Below, piece by piece: positions 16,422 to 26,026 of a DNA stretch of 64,000 nucleotides. The translations under genes were made by a program, and so were the position numbers. Source of the stretch: an uncultured Clostridium sp. (GTDB lineage: Bacteria > Bacillota > Clostridia > Oscillospirales > Acutalibacteraceae); NCBI GenBank assembly GCA_934717555.1, contig CAKUYY010000005.1, positions 3,290-67,289 on the forward strand. The letters are read 5' to 3'. The number at the start of each line of letters is the position of its first letter. The stretch's first letter is position 1. The notes beneath the pieces were generated by a model. It was not told where the DNA came from, searched no databases, and saw only the letters and a list, made by a program, of their open reading frames with translations.

Positions 16422-19052
16422 TTATTTTACCATATCTGATAGTACGGTTTCCACTGCTTCCAGCGCTTTTTCTACCATAGACGGATCTTTTCCCCCGGCC
16501 ATCGCCATATCCGGTTTTCCTCCGCCGTTACCGCCGGCTATCTTGGCAACCGCACGCACGATATTGCCCGCATGGGCTCCCTTTCCCTGGGCTTCTTTAC
16601 CCACGGTAGCCGCGAATGTAACCTTTTCCCCATTCACAGCCGCCAGCACCGCCACGCAGTCTGGCGCCTGATCCCGGATTTTATCGCACATAGACCGCAG
16701 GGCATCCGGGGTAGTCCCTGTAAAGGAAGATGTGATAAACCGCACTCCCTGGGCTGTCTTAGCCTGAGCGAACAGTTGGTTTACCTGATCAGCCGCCATC
16801 TTTCCACGCAGCTGCTCAATAATCCGATCCTTCTCCTTCAAGTCGGCGGTCAACTGGTTACAACGATGTACCAGATCGTTGGAATTTCCCAGCTTCAAAG
16901 CGGCGGAAGCCTCCTGGATGGTGTTCTGCATCTCATTGACCAGGTTTATCATCCCAATCCCTGTGACAGCCTCAATCCGGCGCACACCCGATGCCACGGA
17001 GCTTTCAGAAATAATTTTAAACAACCCCAGCTTGGCCGTATTGTCCACATGGGTGCCTCCGCAAAATTCAATAGAGAAATCCCCCACGCTGACTACCCGG
17101 ACGACATCGCCATACTTTTCTCCAAACAAAGCCATAGCTCCCAGCTTTTTGGCTTCCTCAATGGGCATTTCGCGGGTTACCACTGGAATGCTGAACAAAA
17201 TCTTTTGATTGACCAAGTTTTCTACTTTGGAAATCTCTTCTGAAGTTAATGCGGAAAAATGAGTAAAGTCAAAACGTACATGCGCCCCGTTTACCAACTG
17301 GCCAGCCTGCTCCACATGGGTACCCAGCACACTGCGCAGGGCCGCCTGCAAAAGATGTGCCGCGGTATGGTTGCGCATGATACTGCGCCGGCGCACACTG
17401 TCCACCTGTACGCTCACAGATTCCCCGCAGGAAATCATGCCCGCCTTTACTTTAGCCTGATGCAGGAAAATCCCGTTGTGGTTTTTCGTTGTATTGATCA
17501 CATCCACTGCGGTATCCACAGAACCGATAACGCCTGTGTCTCCTACCTGTCCGCCGCTTTCCGCATAGAGCGTGGTGCGGTCTAATACGATCACCACTTC
17601 ATCCCCTGCGTTGGCATGGTCCACTCTCTGCCCATCCTTAATGATGGCTTTAACCACCGCGGGGGTATCCATCTGGCGGTATCCCAAAAACTCGGTGGGC
17701 TCAACCCCTTCCAGATCTGCCTGGTCGCTGAGCCAGGCATCCGCTCCCGCATTCTTTCTAGCCGCACGGGCACGGTCCCGCTGCTCCTTCAGCAGGCGGC
17801 TGAATTCCTCTTCGTCTACCTTCATACCGCGCTCCGCCAGGATTTCCTTGGTGAGATCCAGCGGGAACCCGTAGGTATCATTCAGCCGGAAAGCATCTTC
17901 TCCCGAAATAACATCCAGGTCCGCGGTATCCATCAGGGTATTGAGCATCTGCATGCCCTGGTCGATGGTTTTCGCAAAGCTTTCTTCCTCCACACTAACC
18001 AGTTTTTTGATATAATCCCGCTTTTCCACCAGTTCTGGATAAGCATTCTTGTTTTCTTCAATGACTGTGTCGCACACCTCAGCCAGGAAAGGCTTGTTGA
18101 TCCCCAGCAACCTGCCATGGCGGGCCGCACGGCGCAACAGGCGGCGCAGCACATAGCCCCTGCCTTCATTAGAGGGCAGTACCCCGTCGCCGATCATAAA
18201 AGTAGTACTGCGGATATGGTCGGTAATCACACGCAGGGAGATATCGCTCTTTTCCCCTTCCCCATATTGGACACCCGCGATCCGGCTGATGTGTTTCATG
18301 ATATTCTGCACAGTATCTACCAAAAAGAGGTTGTCCACCCCCTGCATGATACAGGCCAAACGTTCCAAACCCATTCCGGTGTCGATGTTGGGATGTTCCA
18401 AAGGAGTATAGTTGTTATTTCCGTCGTTTTCAAACTGGGTAAATACCAGGTTCCAGAATTCCACATAGCGGTCGCATTCACAACCTACCCCGCAGTTGGG
18501 AGAACCGCACCCATACTTTTCCCCGCGGTCAAAATAAATTTCCGAACAGGGGCCGCAGGGACCGGAGCCATGTTCCCAGAAGTTATCTTCTTTTCCCATC
18601 CGCACAATGCGTTCCGGGGCGACACCCACCTCTTTGGTCCAGATATCGAAAGCCTCGTCGTCATCCTGATAAATGGTAACCCAAAGCTTGTCCACAGGCA
18701 GCTCCAGCACTTGTGTGCAGAACTCCCACGCCCAGGCGGTAGCCTCATGCTTGAAGTAGTCGCCAAAGGAGAAATTGCCCAGCATCTCAAAATAGGTACC
18801 GTGGCGGGCGGTAATCCCTACCCGTTCAATATCCGGCGTACGGATACATTTCTGGCAGGTAGTAACCCGCTTTCTGGGCGGCGTCACTTCTCCAGTAAAA
18901 TACTTTTTCATCGGCGCCATGCCGGAGTTAATCAGCAGCAGGCTTTTGTCGTCTTTCGGGATCAACGGGAAGCTGCCCAAACGCAAATGCCCCTTTGATT
19001 CAAAAAAGGAGAGAAACTTTTCTCTCAGTTCGTTTAATCCAGTCCATTCCAT
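16422..19052 (-). CDS. alaS: Alanine--tRNA ligase
   Basis: The ORF track gives 16422..19061, which starts at a GTG. The ATG at 19052 (MEWTGLNELREKFLSFFESKGH) is the likelier start. Length is about 876 aa, with the editing-domain HxxxH motif (HTAAHLL) and a C-terminal DHHA1-like GGGKPDMA. Confidence 0.95.
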   Translation of the reverse strand: MEWTGLNELREKFLSFFESKGHLRLGSFPLIPKDDKSLLLINSGMAPMKKYFTGEVTPPRKRVTTCQKCIRTPDIERVGITARHGTYFEMLGNFSFGDYFKHEATAWAWEFCTQVLELPVDKLWVTIYQDDDEAFDIWTKEVGVAPERIVRMGKEDNFWEHGSGPCGPCSEIYFDRGEKYGCGSPNCGVGCECDRYVEFWNLVFTQFENDGNNNYTPLEHPNIDTGMGLERLACIMQGVDNLFLVDTVQNIMKHISRIAGVQYGEGEKSDISLRVITDHIRSTTFMIGDGVLPSNEGRGYVLRRLLRRAARHGRLLGINKPFLAEVCDTVIEENKNAYPELVEKRDYIKKLVSVEEESFAKTIDQGMQMLNTLMDTADLDVISGEDAFRLNDTYGFPLDLTKEILAERGMKVDEEEFSRLLKEQRDRARAARKNAGADAWLSDQADLEGVEPTEFLGYRQMDTPAVVKAIIKDGQRVDHANAGDEVVIVLDRTTLYAESGGQVGDTGVIGSVDTAVDVINTTKNHNGIFLHQAKVKAGMISCGESVSVQVDSVRRRSIMRNHTAAHLLQAALRSVLGTHVEQAGQLVNGAHVRFDFTHFSALTSEEISKVENLVNQKILFSIPVVTREMPIEEAKKLGAMALFGEKYGDVVRVVSVGDFSIEFCGGTHVDNTAKLGLFKIISESSVASGVRRIEAVTGIGMINLVNEMQNTIQEASAALKLGNSNDLVHRCNQLTADLKEKDRIIEQLRGKMAADQVNQLFAQAKTAQGVRFITSSFTGTTPDALRSMCDKIRDQAPDCVAVLAAVNGEKVTFAATVGKEAQGKGAHAGNIVRAVAKIAGGNGGGKPDMAMAGGKDPSMVEKALEAVETVLSDMVK

Positions 19053-19061
19053 GTTACACAC

Positions 19062-19335
19062 ATCCTACTTTCTGTTTTCCATACACAAAAAAGACTCCCC
19101 CTCGTCCACATTGGGACGGAGGAAGCCGTGGTACCACCCAAATTGCGCTTTTTTCAAAACGCCACTCAAATTCTTTAACGCAGAAGATACGCTGCGGCTC
19201 GTCGCCCCAGGGCTCCAGGTTGGCCGGACTTTTTCCAAAACGGAAAGCCTTTCACCAAAAGTGGCTCTCTCTCTGCATCTATGGAATAAAATCCTATTCC
19301 CTTCTATGCCGATCCGAATATCTTGGATGAACGGG
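19062..19335 (-). promoter_or_regulatory. T-box riboswitch leader of alaS
   Basis: The minus strand carries AGAGAG and GGTGAAA stem-I elements and the T-box sequence AATTTGGGTGGTACCACGG (19126-19144). A terminator hairpin CCTCCGTCC...GGACGAGGGGGAG plus TTTTTT (19086-19126) follows. Confidence 0.85.
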
Positions 19336-19338
19336 TTT

Positions 19339-19367
19339 ATTATAATCCTTAAACCAAAGCTTGTCAA
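19339..19367 (-). promoter_or_regulatory. Consensus sigma-A promoter for the alaS leader
   Basis: The minus strand reads TTGACA-17 nt-TATAAT exactly. Confidence 0.7.
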
Positions 19368-19401
19368 TCTTCCTTTCGACATTCTCCCCAGAAAACTTCC
19401 C

Positions 19402-19791
19402 TCACCCTATACGGGACAATAACCAGCTGGCCGCCAACCGTCCTAATAAGATACCGGACAAACATCCCCCTATGCTCATCAACAGGTATATACTGCCCTG
19501 TCCCCAATGCCCCGACTGATAGAGGTTCACCGTTTCCAAGCTAAAGGTCGAAAATGTGGTGAATCCTCCCAAAGTCCCCGTGGTAAGAAAAAGCTGAAGC
19601 CCTTTTTTATCAGGAAAACATTGGGAAAACAGGGCAGTAATAAATCCCATGAAAAACGCCCCTATTACATTTGCCAGCAATGTGGCCACTGGAAACCCTT
19701 GGAAATCCCAGCGCTGGAACCCTAAAGATAACAAATAACGGCAGCAGGCTCCTATAAAGCCGCCGCATCCCACCAGGAATACTTGAAGCAT
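19402..19791 (-). CDS. crcB: Fluoride ion channel CrcB/FluC
   Basis: The ORF extends to 19839, but MLQVFLVGCGGFIGACCRY at 19791 behind a GGGGGA RBS is the typical CrcB start. The protein is small with four TM segments. Confidence 0.85.
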   Translation of the reverse strand: MLQVFLVGCGGFIGACCRYLLSLGFQRWDFQGFPVATLLANVIGAFFMGFITALFSQCFPDKKGLQLFLTTGTLGGFTTFSTFSLETVNLYQSGHWGQGSIYLLMSIGGCLSGILLGRLAASWLLSRIG

Positions 19792-19891
19792 CTTTTCCCC
19801 CTGCAAGCGTTTTTTCTCAAAATAACATACAGTCCCCATAAACTGTTTACATCTGCTATTGTACCTTGCCGGGAGAAAAGATGCAATGTTT

Positions 19892-21508
19892 TTAAGCCAT
19901 CCCTTTATAATGCAGTTGATCCGCTATCTGCTTGAATACGGGGCCGCAGCTGCGGCCTCCTCCTTCCCCGTCTTCAGCAAATACCACAATCACATATTTG
20001 GGATTTTGAGCGGGATAAAAACCTGCATACCATGCCTGATCCAATTCCTCGTCCCCTATTTTTACACCGGTCTCCGCGGTGGCGGTTTTTGCGCCCGCCC
20101 CCCCTTTTTCCGGTTTTCCTTGGGAGCTGGTCCCGAATTCCACAGAGGAACGCATATACTCCATGATTTTTTCCGTTGTGGACGCTTGTAAAACCCTCGC
20201 AGGTTCTTTTACTGGATACTCTTCCTGGAATGTTCCTTCTTCATCTACCAGCCCCTGTACCAGCCTTGGCTGCGTATACTCCCCTTGGGATACGACAGCA
20301 TTAATCAGCGCTGTAATCTGGATTGGGGTAGCGGTCAATTCCCCCTGTCCAAAAGAGAAGTTTGCCAATGCCCTGTGATTGGACAGATTCCGTTCGCTGG
20401 GAAGTACCCCGGCTGCGGATTCCATTCCCGGAGCCAGTTCAACAGCTTCTCCAAATCCCAAATTTTGGGCCTCATACAGTAGTTTTTTTCCTCCTATTTG
20501 CTGTGCCAAATGGATAAAATAGCAGTTGCAGGAATAGGCGATGGCTTTGTCCATATCCACATCCCCATGGGCGGTTCCATTGATACAGTGAAAAGTGGCG
20601 CCGTCTACTTCAATACTGCCGGTACAATGATAGGTTCCTTCTGGAGATATCCCCTCTTCCAGCGCTACAGAAGCCGGTACCAGCTTAAATACCGATCCCA
20701 AATTATAGGCGGAGAGGGCCCGGTTTAAAAGAGGAGAATCCTCACGGTTTAAAACTGCGGAAAGGTTGGTGGGCGAAAAATCAGGACGGCTGACAACTGC
20801 CAGCAGATCGCAGCTTCCCGCTTCCGCCACTACCACGGCACCGCGCTTGATATAATTATTGGAAGCGATTTCCGCAATACGCTGGACATCTGCGTCTATA
20901 GTAAGTTTTATCCCTTTTGCAGCCAAATCGGAGGTATCGGAAATCAGTTCCTGTTCGCCAGGTAAAATGCGGTTGAGGGCATCTACTGGATATCGCACTG
21001 AAATCTGGGCCCCTGTTTGGGATAAATACTCGTCATATGACTTTTCCAGTCCAGAAATCCCCGTCCCGCTCCCATCCAGGTATCCAATGATATGGGATAG
21101 CGTTTGTGGTGTCCGATACCGTTCGCTTACGGAAAAAGTGTGGATTCCTTCCGATGACCATACGGCGTTATATTTTGGTTTAATTAGGAAAGGCTTTCCG
21201 GCTGACAACAGGGTAAATACCGATTCCTTTTCTTCCTCAGGCAATGTTTCTGAGAGAAAGTTGGCCGCTTCTACCGTAGGGGATACCGCCGCGATCGTGG
21301 TGTGGTCCTGCCCTGTGAGAGGAAACCCGTTGCGGTCGTAAATCGCCCCCCTTAATTTAGAAACATTAAGCTGATAAGAACTCTGGCTGGTAGCTGCCGC
21401 CTGTAAATCATCCTCCATTGTGAGGAAGTAAAGGCGGCACATCAACCCTACCGTGCCCGCCATCAAAATACAAAATAGTGCAAGGGATCTCTTTTGTAAC
21501 CGGTTCAT
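19892..21508 (-). CDS. Penicillin-binding protein 2 / peptidoglycan D,D-transpeptidase (class B PBP, no PASTA)
   Basis: 538 aa. It has an N-terminal TM anchor, SxxK (GSVFK), SxN (SCN) and a KT(G/A) motif (GAKTATAETG). Confidence 0.85.
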   Translation of the reverse strand: MNRLQKRSLALFCILMAGTVGLMCRLYFLTMEDDLQAAATSQSSYQLNVSKLRGAIYDRNGFPLTGQDHTTIAAVSPTVEAANFLSETLPEEEKESVFTLLSAGKPFLIKPKYNAVWSSEGIHTFSVSERYRTPQTLSHIIGYLDGSGTGISGLEKSYDEYLSQTGAQISVRYPVDALNRILPGEQELISDTSDLAAKGIKLTIDADVQRIAEIASNNYIKRGAVVVAEAGSCDLLAVVSRPDFSPTNLSAVLNREDSPLLNRALSAYNLGSVFKLVPASVALEEGISPEGTYHCTGSIEVDGATFHCINGTAHGDVDMDKAIAYSCNCYFIHLAQQIGGKKLLYEAQNLGFGEAVELAPGMESAAGVLPSERNLSNHRALANFSFGQGELTATPIQITALINAVVSQGEYTQPRLVQGLVDEEGTFQEEYPVKEPARVLQASTTEKIMEYMRSSVEFGTSSQGKPEKGGAGAKTATAETGVKIGDEELDQAWYAGFYPAQNPKYVIVVFAEDGEGGGRSCGPVFKQIADQLHYKGMA

Positions 21509-21674
21509 TTTTCTCCACCTTTTTTTCTATGATTTTAACCTTATGAACAGGAGAGGACCTCTCCTGTTCCTGTTATCAAAAACTTACTAGATATATTTAA
21601 GTTTTCGTTTTTTATAGAAAATCATACATAGGTAAAGTCAATAAGTCCTTCTTTTTTACAGAAAAGCGTTCCAT

Positions 21675-21709
21675 AAAAAATGCATCGAACGGAAACCGTT
21701 CGATGCATT
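21675..21709. terminator. Bidirectional rho-independent terminator
   Basis: AATGCATCGAACGG-aaa-CCGTTCGATGCATT, a 14-bp perfect stem flanked by an A run and a T run. It lies downstream of the U32 peptidase gene. Confidence 0.75.
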
Positions 21710-21769
21710 GCTATTTTTATAATTCTGTCCATACGCCTTGATTCAGAAAAAACACGGTCCATCATGTAT

Positions 21770-23002
21770 TTATCTATCTTCCCTCTTACAGCGCAGCCAC
21801 GCCCCTTTGGCAATCGGGCGGTTTACCGGCATATAGACCGTCTGGGTGGCGTGCGGCGCGCTTTCAATAGGTTCATGATCTTCATTATAAAGTTCTTCCG
21901 CCCGGACAACAAATGGAATCCCCCCTGGTTCCAATACATCCAGTTCCGCTCCCCGGAAAAATCGGTTTCGCTGGGAAAGCTTCGCCACGCCGTCCTGATA
22001 GTCCTCGCATACGGCCGCCACCTCATATTGCCGGATATACCCTCCGTTGTGGTAAACCTGTCCCGGCTCGTCACCCAGATAAAAGCCGGTATGGTATTCC
22101 CGATGGCTGATTTTTTCCACCTCTTCCCGGATCCAGGGAGCGAGCTGCCAATCCTTTCCCTGCCGTAAATAATCGTCCAAGGCATGCCGGTATGCGTTTG
22201 TGGTCACCGCCACATAATACGCAGATTTGGCTCTCCCCTCAATTTTCAGGCTGGTTACACCCGCTTCCGCTAGTTGTGGAATGTATTCAATCATACACAG
22301 GTCCCGGGAATTAAAAAAGTATGTCCCGCCGTCGGCCTCCATAATCGGGAAAGCCTGGCCTTCCCGTTTTTCCTCCACCAGCTGATATTTCCAGCGGCAC
22401 GGCTGGGCGCATTCCCCACGGTTAGCGTCCCGCCCGGTCAAATAATTGGAAATCAGGCAGCGTCCGGAAAAGGAAACGCACATGGCGCCGTGTACAAAAG
22501 CTTCTATCTCCAGTTTTGGGTCGGTTTTTTGGCGTATCTCCGCAATCTCCTCCAGGGAAAGTTCTCTGGCCAGGACAACACGGCTGGCCCCCATATTCCA
22601 AAAAGCCCGGGCCGTCTCATAGTTTACCACACCCGCCTGCGTGGAAATGTGGACATCGACCTGCGGCGCCACCCGTTTCGCGATCGATAACGCCCCTAAA
22701 TCTGTAAGAATAAACGCGTCCACCCCCGCTCGGGCGCTTTCTTCCAAAAAACAGGGCAGCCGTTGGATCTCCTGATTGCGCGGCAGGGTATTGCAGGTGA
22801 GGTATACGCGGACCCCCTTGCTATGGGCCAGCGCCACCGCCTTTTCCAGCGCTTCCCGGTCGAAATTGTCCGGGGAGCTTCTCATTCCAAATTCTTTTCC
22901 GGCTAGATAAACCGCATGGGCCCCGTAATCCAGGGCTGCTTCCAATCGTTCCCAGTCCCCTGCCGGGGCCAATATTTCCATTGGTGCTGTCTTTGTTTCC
23001 AT
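21770..23002 (-). CDS. Peptidase U32 family protein (collagenase-like)
   Basis: The ORF extends to 23110. METKTAPMEILAPAGDWERLEAAL at 23002, behind AGAGGAG, matches the usual U32 N-terminus. The conserved E-x-F-x-H-G-A-x-C motif is present (EAFVHGAMCVSFSGRC). Confidence 0.85.
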   Translation of the reverse strand: METKTAPMEILAPAGDWERLEAALDYGAHAVYLAGKEFGMRSSPDNFDREALEKAVALAHSKGVRVYLTCNTLPRNQEIQRLPCFLEESARAGVDAFILTDLGALSIAKRVAPQVDVHISTQAGVVNYETARAFWNMGASRVVLARELSLEEIAEIRQKTDPKLEIEAFVHGAMCVSFSGRCLISNYLTGRDANRGECAQPCRWKYQLVEEKREGQAFPIMEADGGTYFFNSRDLCMIEYIPQLAEAGVTSLKIEGRAKSAYYVAVTTNAYRHALDDYLRQGKDWQLAPWIREEVEKISHREYHTGFYLGDEPGQVYHNGGYIRQYEVAAVCEDYQDGVAKLSQRNRFFRGAELDVLEPGGIPFVVRAEELYNEDHEPIESAPHATQTVYMPVNRPIAKGAWLRCKREDR

Positions 23003-23122
23003 GATGCTGACACACTCCTCTTGGTTGCTCTCATTTTTCCATCCTTTGGATATAAAAAGTTGCTCTGGAGGGGAACTCCCCTGCACAGAGCAACTTTTAC
23101 GGTATCTCATAACCTGGGCGGT

Positions 23123-24562
23123 TTACGCCAGTCCCAGCGATTTCAGATTCCGCTCATGCTGCGCTTTTGTTTTCGCATATAACGCCACTTGGTTGCCATT
23201 TGCATCGGTACCATGACAGAAATATAAGTTTTTGGTAGTATCTGGATTCAACACTGCATTGATTGCATCCATACCCGGGTTACAGATGGGGCCAGATGGG
23301 AGCCCCTGGTTGTCATACGTGCTGTAGGCGCTGACAAATCCCTCTGGAACCGTATTCTTTTTATAAGGATAAAATACTGTCGGGTCAGAATCCAGAGTAT
23401 AAATATCATACTCGGCGCCAAATTGCAGACGGTTGAGGAATACGCCGGCTACTTTTTTCATATCTTCCTTGTCCGCCGCTTCCGCCTGTACCATAGAAGC
23501 CAAAGTCAACAGATCTTGTGTGGTCATACCCTTTTCCTGGGCCAGATCCGCAATGCTCATCTGTTCTTCATAACCTTTAACTCTCTCTTTTGTATAAATC
23601 TTCTTGTTATAGTTACTCAACATACGGCTGACAGTATCTACCGGGTCCTCTTCCTCGTAGAATTCATAGGTATCCGGGAAAAGGTACCCTTCCAGTTTGT
23701 AATACCTCTGATCCTGATTGGTGATTTCCTGGAGGAACTCATAGTCCTCATCAAATTGATCTGAATTACATATCTCTAGAAATTCATCTTTCTTGCAGAC
23801 ATTATTCTCTTCCAGCTTTTCCGCATATTGCATAATGGTTTCGCCTTCGTAGAAAGTGACAGAGACTGTATCCTTACGATTACTCTGCGTCTGGATATAA
23901 TTAATAATCGCCTCATAATCCATATTGGTCTGCATATCAAAAGTGCCTTTGGTAAACGTACGGCTCTGAGCGCTGCGTGTCACTATGGCGTACAGCTTAA
24001 AGAAATCCGGCCGGTCTATCACATGCTTTTCCGTCAGGATCTGCGCGATATCGTCTAAGGAAGACCCCGAAGGAATATCCACGGTAACGGTGGATTCCTG
24101 GCGGTTAATTGCCAACATATCGTTCACGCCTACCAGTATGTACTGTGCCAGCACTACTGATACAAGCATAATCATAATCAGCCAGACAATCTTAAAGAGG
24201 CATCCGTTCTTTTTGGCTTTTTGTTTTTTCCGCTTTTTCTCCGCTTTTTGGGCCTTGCGAAGTTCCTTTTTTTCCTCTTTGCTCAACGGCATTTCCACTG
24301 GCTGGGGAGCAGGGGTACTGTGACTATTCAAATTCATTTCAGGCACAGGTGGAATAGGTGCTGAATGCCCATTTGGAGCTGTTTCCTCCGGTTCTAAATC
24401 CTGTTCCTGTAGATTCAGCTGGAAGTTCTTGATTTTTTCCTGCCGTTTCTGTTCAAAGGATGGAGCAGACTGCCCGGGACGCCCTTGAGGGCGCTGCGGT
24501 GGAATCTTTCTGTTATCAGATGGATTCCCCTCCTGCTCCTTTCGGTTGAGATCCTCATTCAT
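23123..24562 (-). CDS. mltG: Endolytic peptidoglycan transglycosylase MltG (YceG-like) with a long low-complexity N-terminal extension
   Basis: The ORF extends to 24595. The ATG at 24562 lies 9 nt after GGGAGG. The protein has one TM segment and a C-terminal YceG domain (LASMVQAEA...VFLNRL...LDSDPTVFY...YNTY...GLPSGPICNPG). Confidence 0.8.
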   Translation of the reverse strand: MNEDLNRKEQEGNPSDNRKIPPQRPQGRPGQSAPSFEQKRQEKIKNFQLNLQEQDLEPEETAPNGHSAPIPPVPEMNLNSHSTPAPQPVEMPLSKEEKKELRKAQKAEKKRKKQKAKKNGCLFKIVWLIMIMLVSVVLAQYILVGVNDMLAINRQESTVTVDIPSGSSLDDIAQILTEKHVIDRPDFFKLYAIVTRSAQSRTFTKGTFDMQTNMDYEAIINYIQTQSNRKDTVSVTFYEGETIMQYAEKLEENNVCKKDEFLEICNSDQFDEDYEFLQEITNQDQRYYKLEGYLFPDTYEFYEEEDPVDTVSRMLSNYNKKIYTKERVKGYEEQMSIADLAQEKGMTTQDLLTLASMVQAEAADKEDMKKVAGVFLNRLQFGAEYDIYTLDSDPTVFYPYKKNTVPEGFVSAYSTYDNQGLPSGPICNPGMDAINAVLNPDTTKNLYFCHGTDANGNQVALYAKTKAQHERNLKSLGLA

Positions 24563-24708
24563 ATCTGTCATCCTCCCGTTTTTTGGACAAGTCAAAAAAG
24601 AAAGCCCTTTGGCTTTTTATACTATACAGAAAAACAGCAGTTTTCCTGTCACCCTTGCCTGCCCTTTGCATATGATAGAACAGATCAAACAAAAGCGAGG
24701 TGAATATC

Positions 24709-24780
24709 ATGTGCGGTTGCGGTAACAACTCTTGTCTTCTTTTGTTATTAGTGATCTGTCTGGTATGCTGCTGTTGCTAA
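24709..24780 (+). CDS. 23-aa Cys-rich tiny membrane peptide (YjcZ-like sporulation micro-protein candidate)
   Basis: Not in the ORF track. It has a GAGGTGA RBS 7 nt upstream of the ATG, reads MCGCGNNSCLLLLLVICLVCCCC, ends at TAA, and has a terminator 10 nt downstream. Confidence 0.5.
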   Translation: MCGCGNNSCLLLLLVICLVCCCC

Positions 24781-24789
24781 CCTTTTCCC

Positions 24790-24817
24790 AAGCCTCCGGA
24801 TGGAGGCTTTTTCTTTT
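24790..24817 (+). terminator. Rho-independent terminator after the micro-ORF
   Basis: AAGCCTCC-ggat-GGAGGCTT followed by TTTCTTTT. Confidence 0.7.
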
Positions 24818-25403
24818 ATGGTGAAGTCCTTCGAATATATTTTTCTGTAATCAGTAAATTGACAGGCTTATCATACCGCCCGTGGGGCAGCTTCCACTGG
24901 GTACAACTAGTATAGCAGATCCCCACTGTGACCCCGCGGAACTGGGAAAGGAACCGGTCGTAATATCCTTTTCCATACCCCAGCCGGTACCCTTCGGCAT
25001 CAAAGCTCAATCCGGGAACGACACACAAGCCCTCTGTATAATCCGTCACCTTGACACAGCGTTCCGGCACTGGTTCCAGCACGCCAAAGGCTCCCGGTTC
25101 CAGATCCTCTTCTCCCTGGATTAAATAAAATTCCATATCAACAACTCCAGGAACACACCGGGGAACCGCTACTTTTTTATGGTTGGCCCATGCCGCCCTC
25201 ATAATGGCAAAGGTATCCACTTCAATATTTTTGGAAACATAGGTGAATACCAGAGAATTTTCTGCGTATTGACGCAGGGATAACACCCGGCTCTGGATCT
25301 CCGCATCCATCGCCTGTTTCCGTTTCGGGTTCATCTCTCTCCGGGTCGCCTTATATTTTGCTCTCAAATGGTTCTTAACCACCCTGATATCTTTTACATA
25401 CAT
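24816..25403 (-). CDS. 5-formyltetrahydrofolate cyclo-ligase
   Basis: 195 aa. The motifs VAVPRC and GYGKGYYDRFL are typical of MTHFS. Confidence 0.85.
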   Translation of the reverse strand: MYVKDIRVVKNHLRAKYKATRREMNPKRKQAMDAEIQSRVLSLRQYAENSLVFTYVSKNIEVDTFAIMRAAWANHKKVAVPRCVPGVVDMEFYLIQGEEDLEPGAFGVLEPVPERCVKVTDYTEGLCVVPGLSFDAEGYRLGYGKGYYDRFLSQFRGVTVGICYTSCTQWKLPHGRYDKPVNLLITEKYIRRTSP

Positions 25404-25939
25404 TGCATCGACATCCTAATAGCTTCTGCCGTTTTGGCTCCCTTAAGCTGACTGACCAGTGTCAAACCAAACTCTATCGATACCCCAGGCCCGCGCCCGG
25501 TGACGATATTCCCATCTACACATACCGGCCGGCTGGATACCTTTGCCCCTGTGAGCTGGTTCTCAAAGCCTGGAAAACAAACGGCCTGTTTTCCCTCCAA
25601 TAAACCCATATGCCCCAAAACAGAAGGTGCCGCACAAATAGCGGCTACAAGCAGGTGATTTTCCGCCGCATACCGCACCGCCGCCTGCACAATAGGGGAC
25701 TTTTCCAGGTTGAGCGTGCCGGGCATACCTCCCGGCAGCACCACTGCTTCCAGCGGGTCTGTGGACACATCTTTCTCCAGGATATCCGCTTCCACGGTAA
25801 TCCCATGCGCCCCTGTCACCTGTTTTCCCCCGATTCCTACGGTACAAACATCCAGTTCCCCACGGCGCAGTACATCGACAGTGGCGAGGGCTTCGATCTC
25901 TTCAAAGCCTTCCGCAAGAAATACATAGATCATTCCCAC
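25394..25939 (-). CDS. DJ-1/PfpI (ThiJ) family protein
   Basis: 181 aa with the nucleophile-elbow context AAICAAPSVLG and a conserved LPGG. Confidence 0.85.
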   Translation of the reverse strand: MGMIYVFLAEGFEEIEALATVDVLRRGELDVCTVGIGGKQVTGAHGITVEADILEKDVSTDPLEAVVLPGGMPGTLNLEKSPIVQAAVRYAAENHLLVAAICAAPSVLGHMGLLEGKQAVCFPGFENQLTGAKVSSRPVCVDGNIVTGRGPGVSIEFGLTLVSQLKGAKTAEAIRMSMQCM

Positions 25940-26026
25940 AAGCTCCCTTTTTCGTCCAAATCCATCCCATCTATGGGATATTCTGTCTTTTCTTAACTTT
26001 AATACTACCCGTATTTACCAAATATG

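Noticed and set aside
17616-18998. 460-aa ORF antisense to alaS, plus other long antisense ORFs (1239-2168, 2887-3747, 32392-33126, 41039-41863, 52247-53176, 60161-60961)
   Set aside because: All lie opposite genes with strong family signatures. Their translations are Arg/Pro/Gly/His-rich nonsense typical of antisense frames in moderately GC-rich coding DNA.
19065-19382. 105-aa minus-strand ORF and 111/167-aa plus-strand ORFs between alaS and crcB
   Set aside because: The region is the alaS T-box leader with its consensus promoter. The ORFs have no RBS and no recognisable domains.
19792-19891. Possible fluoride riboswitch upstream of crcB
   Set aside because: I could not find the conserved fluoride-riboswitch core by eye on the minus strand. 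crcB may simply be co-transcribed with the upstream PBP gene. This needs a covariance-model scan to be certain.
21545-21569. Hairpin GAACAGGAGAGG/CCTCTCCTGTTC upstream of the PBP gene, considered as a regulatory element
   Set aside because: It is a single short palindrome with no T run and no second copy seen. There is not enough evidence to call anything beyond a possible weak terminator or operator.
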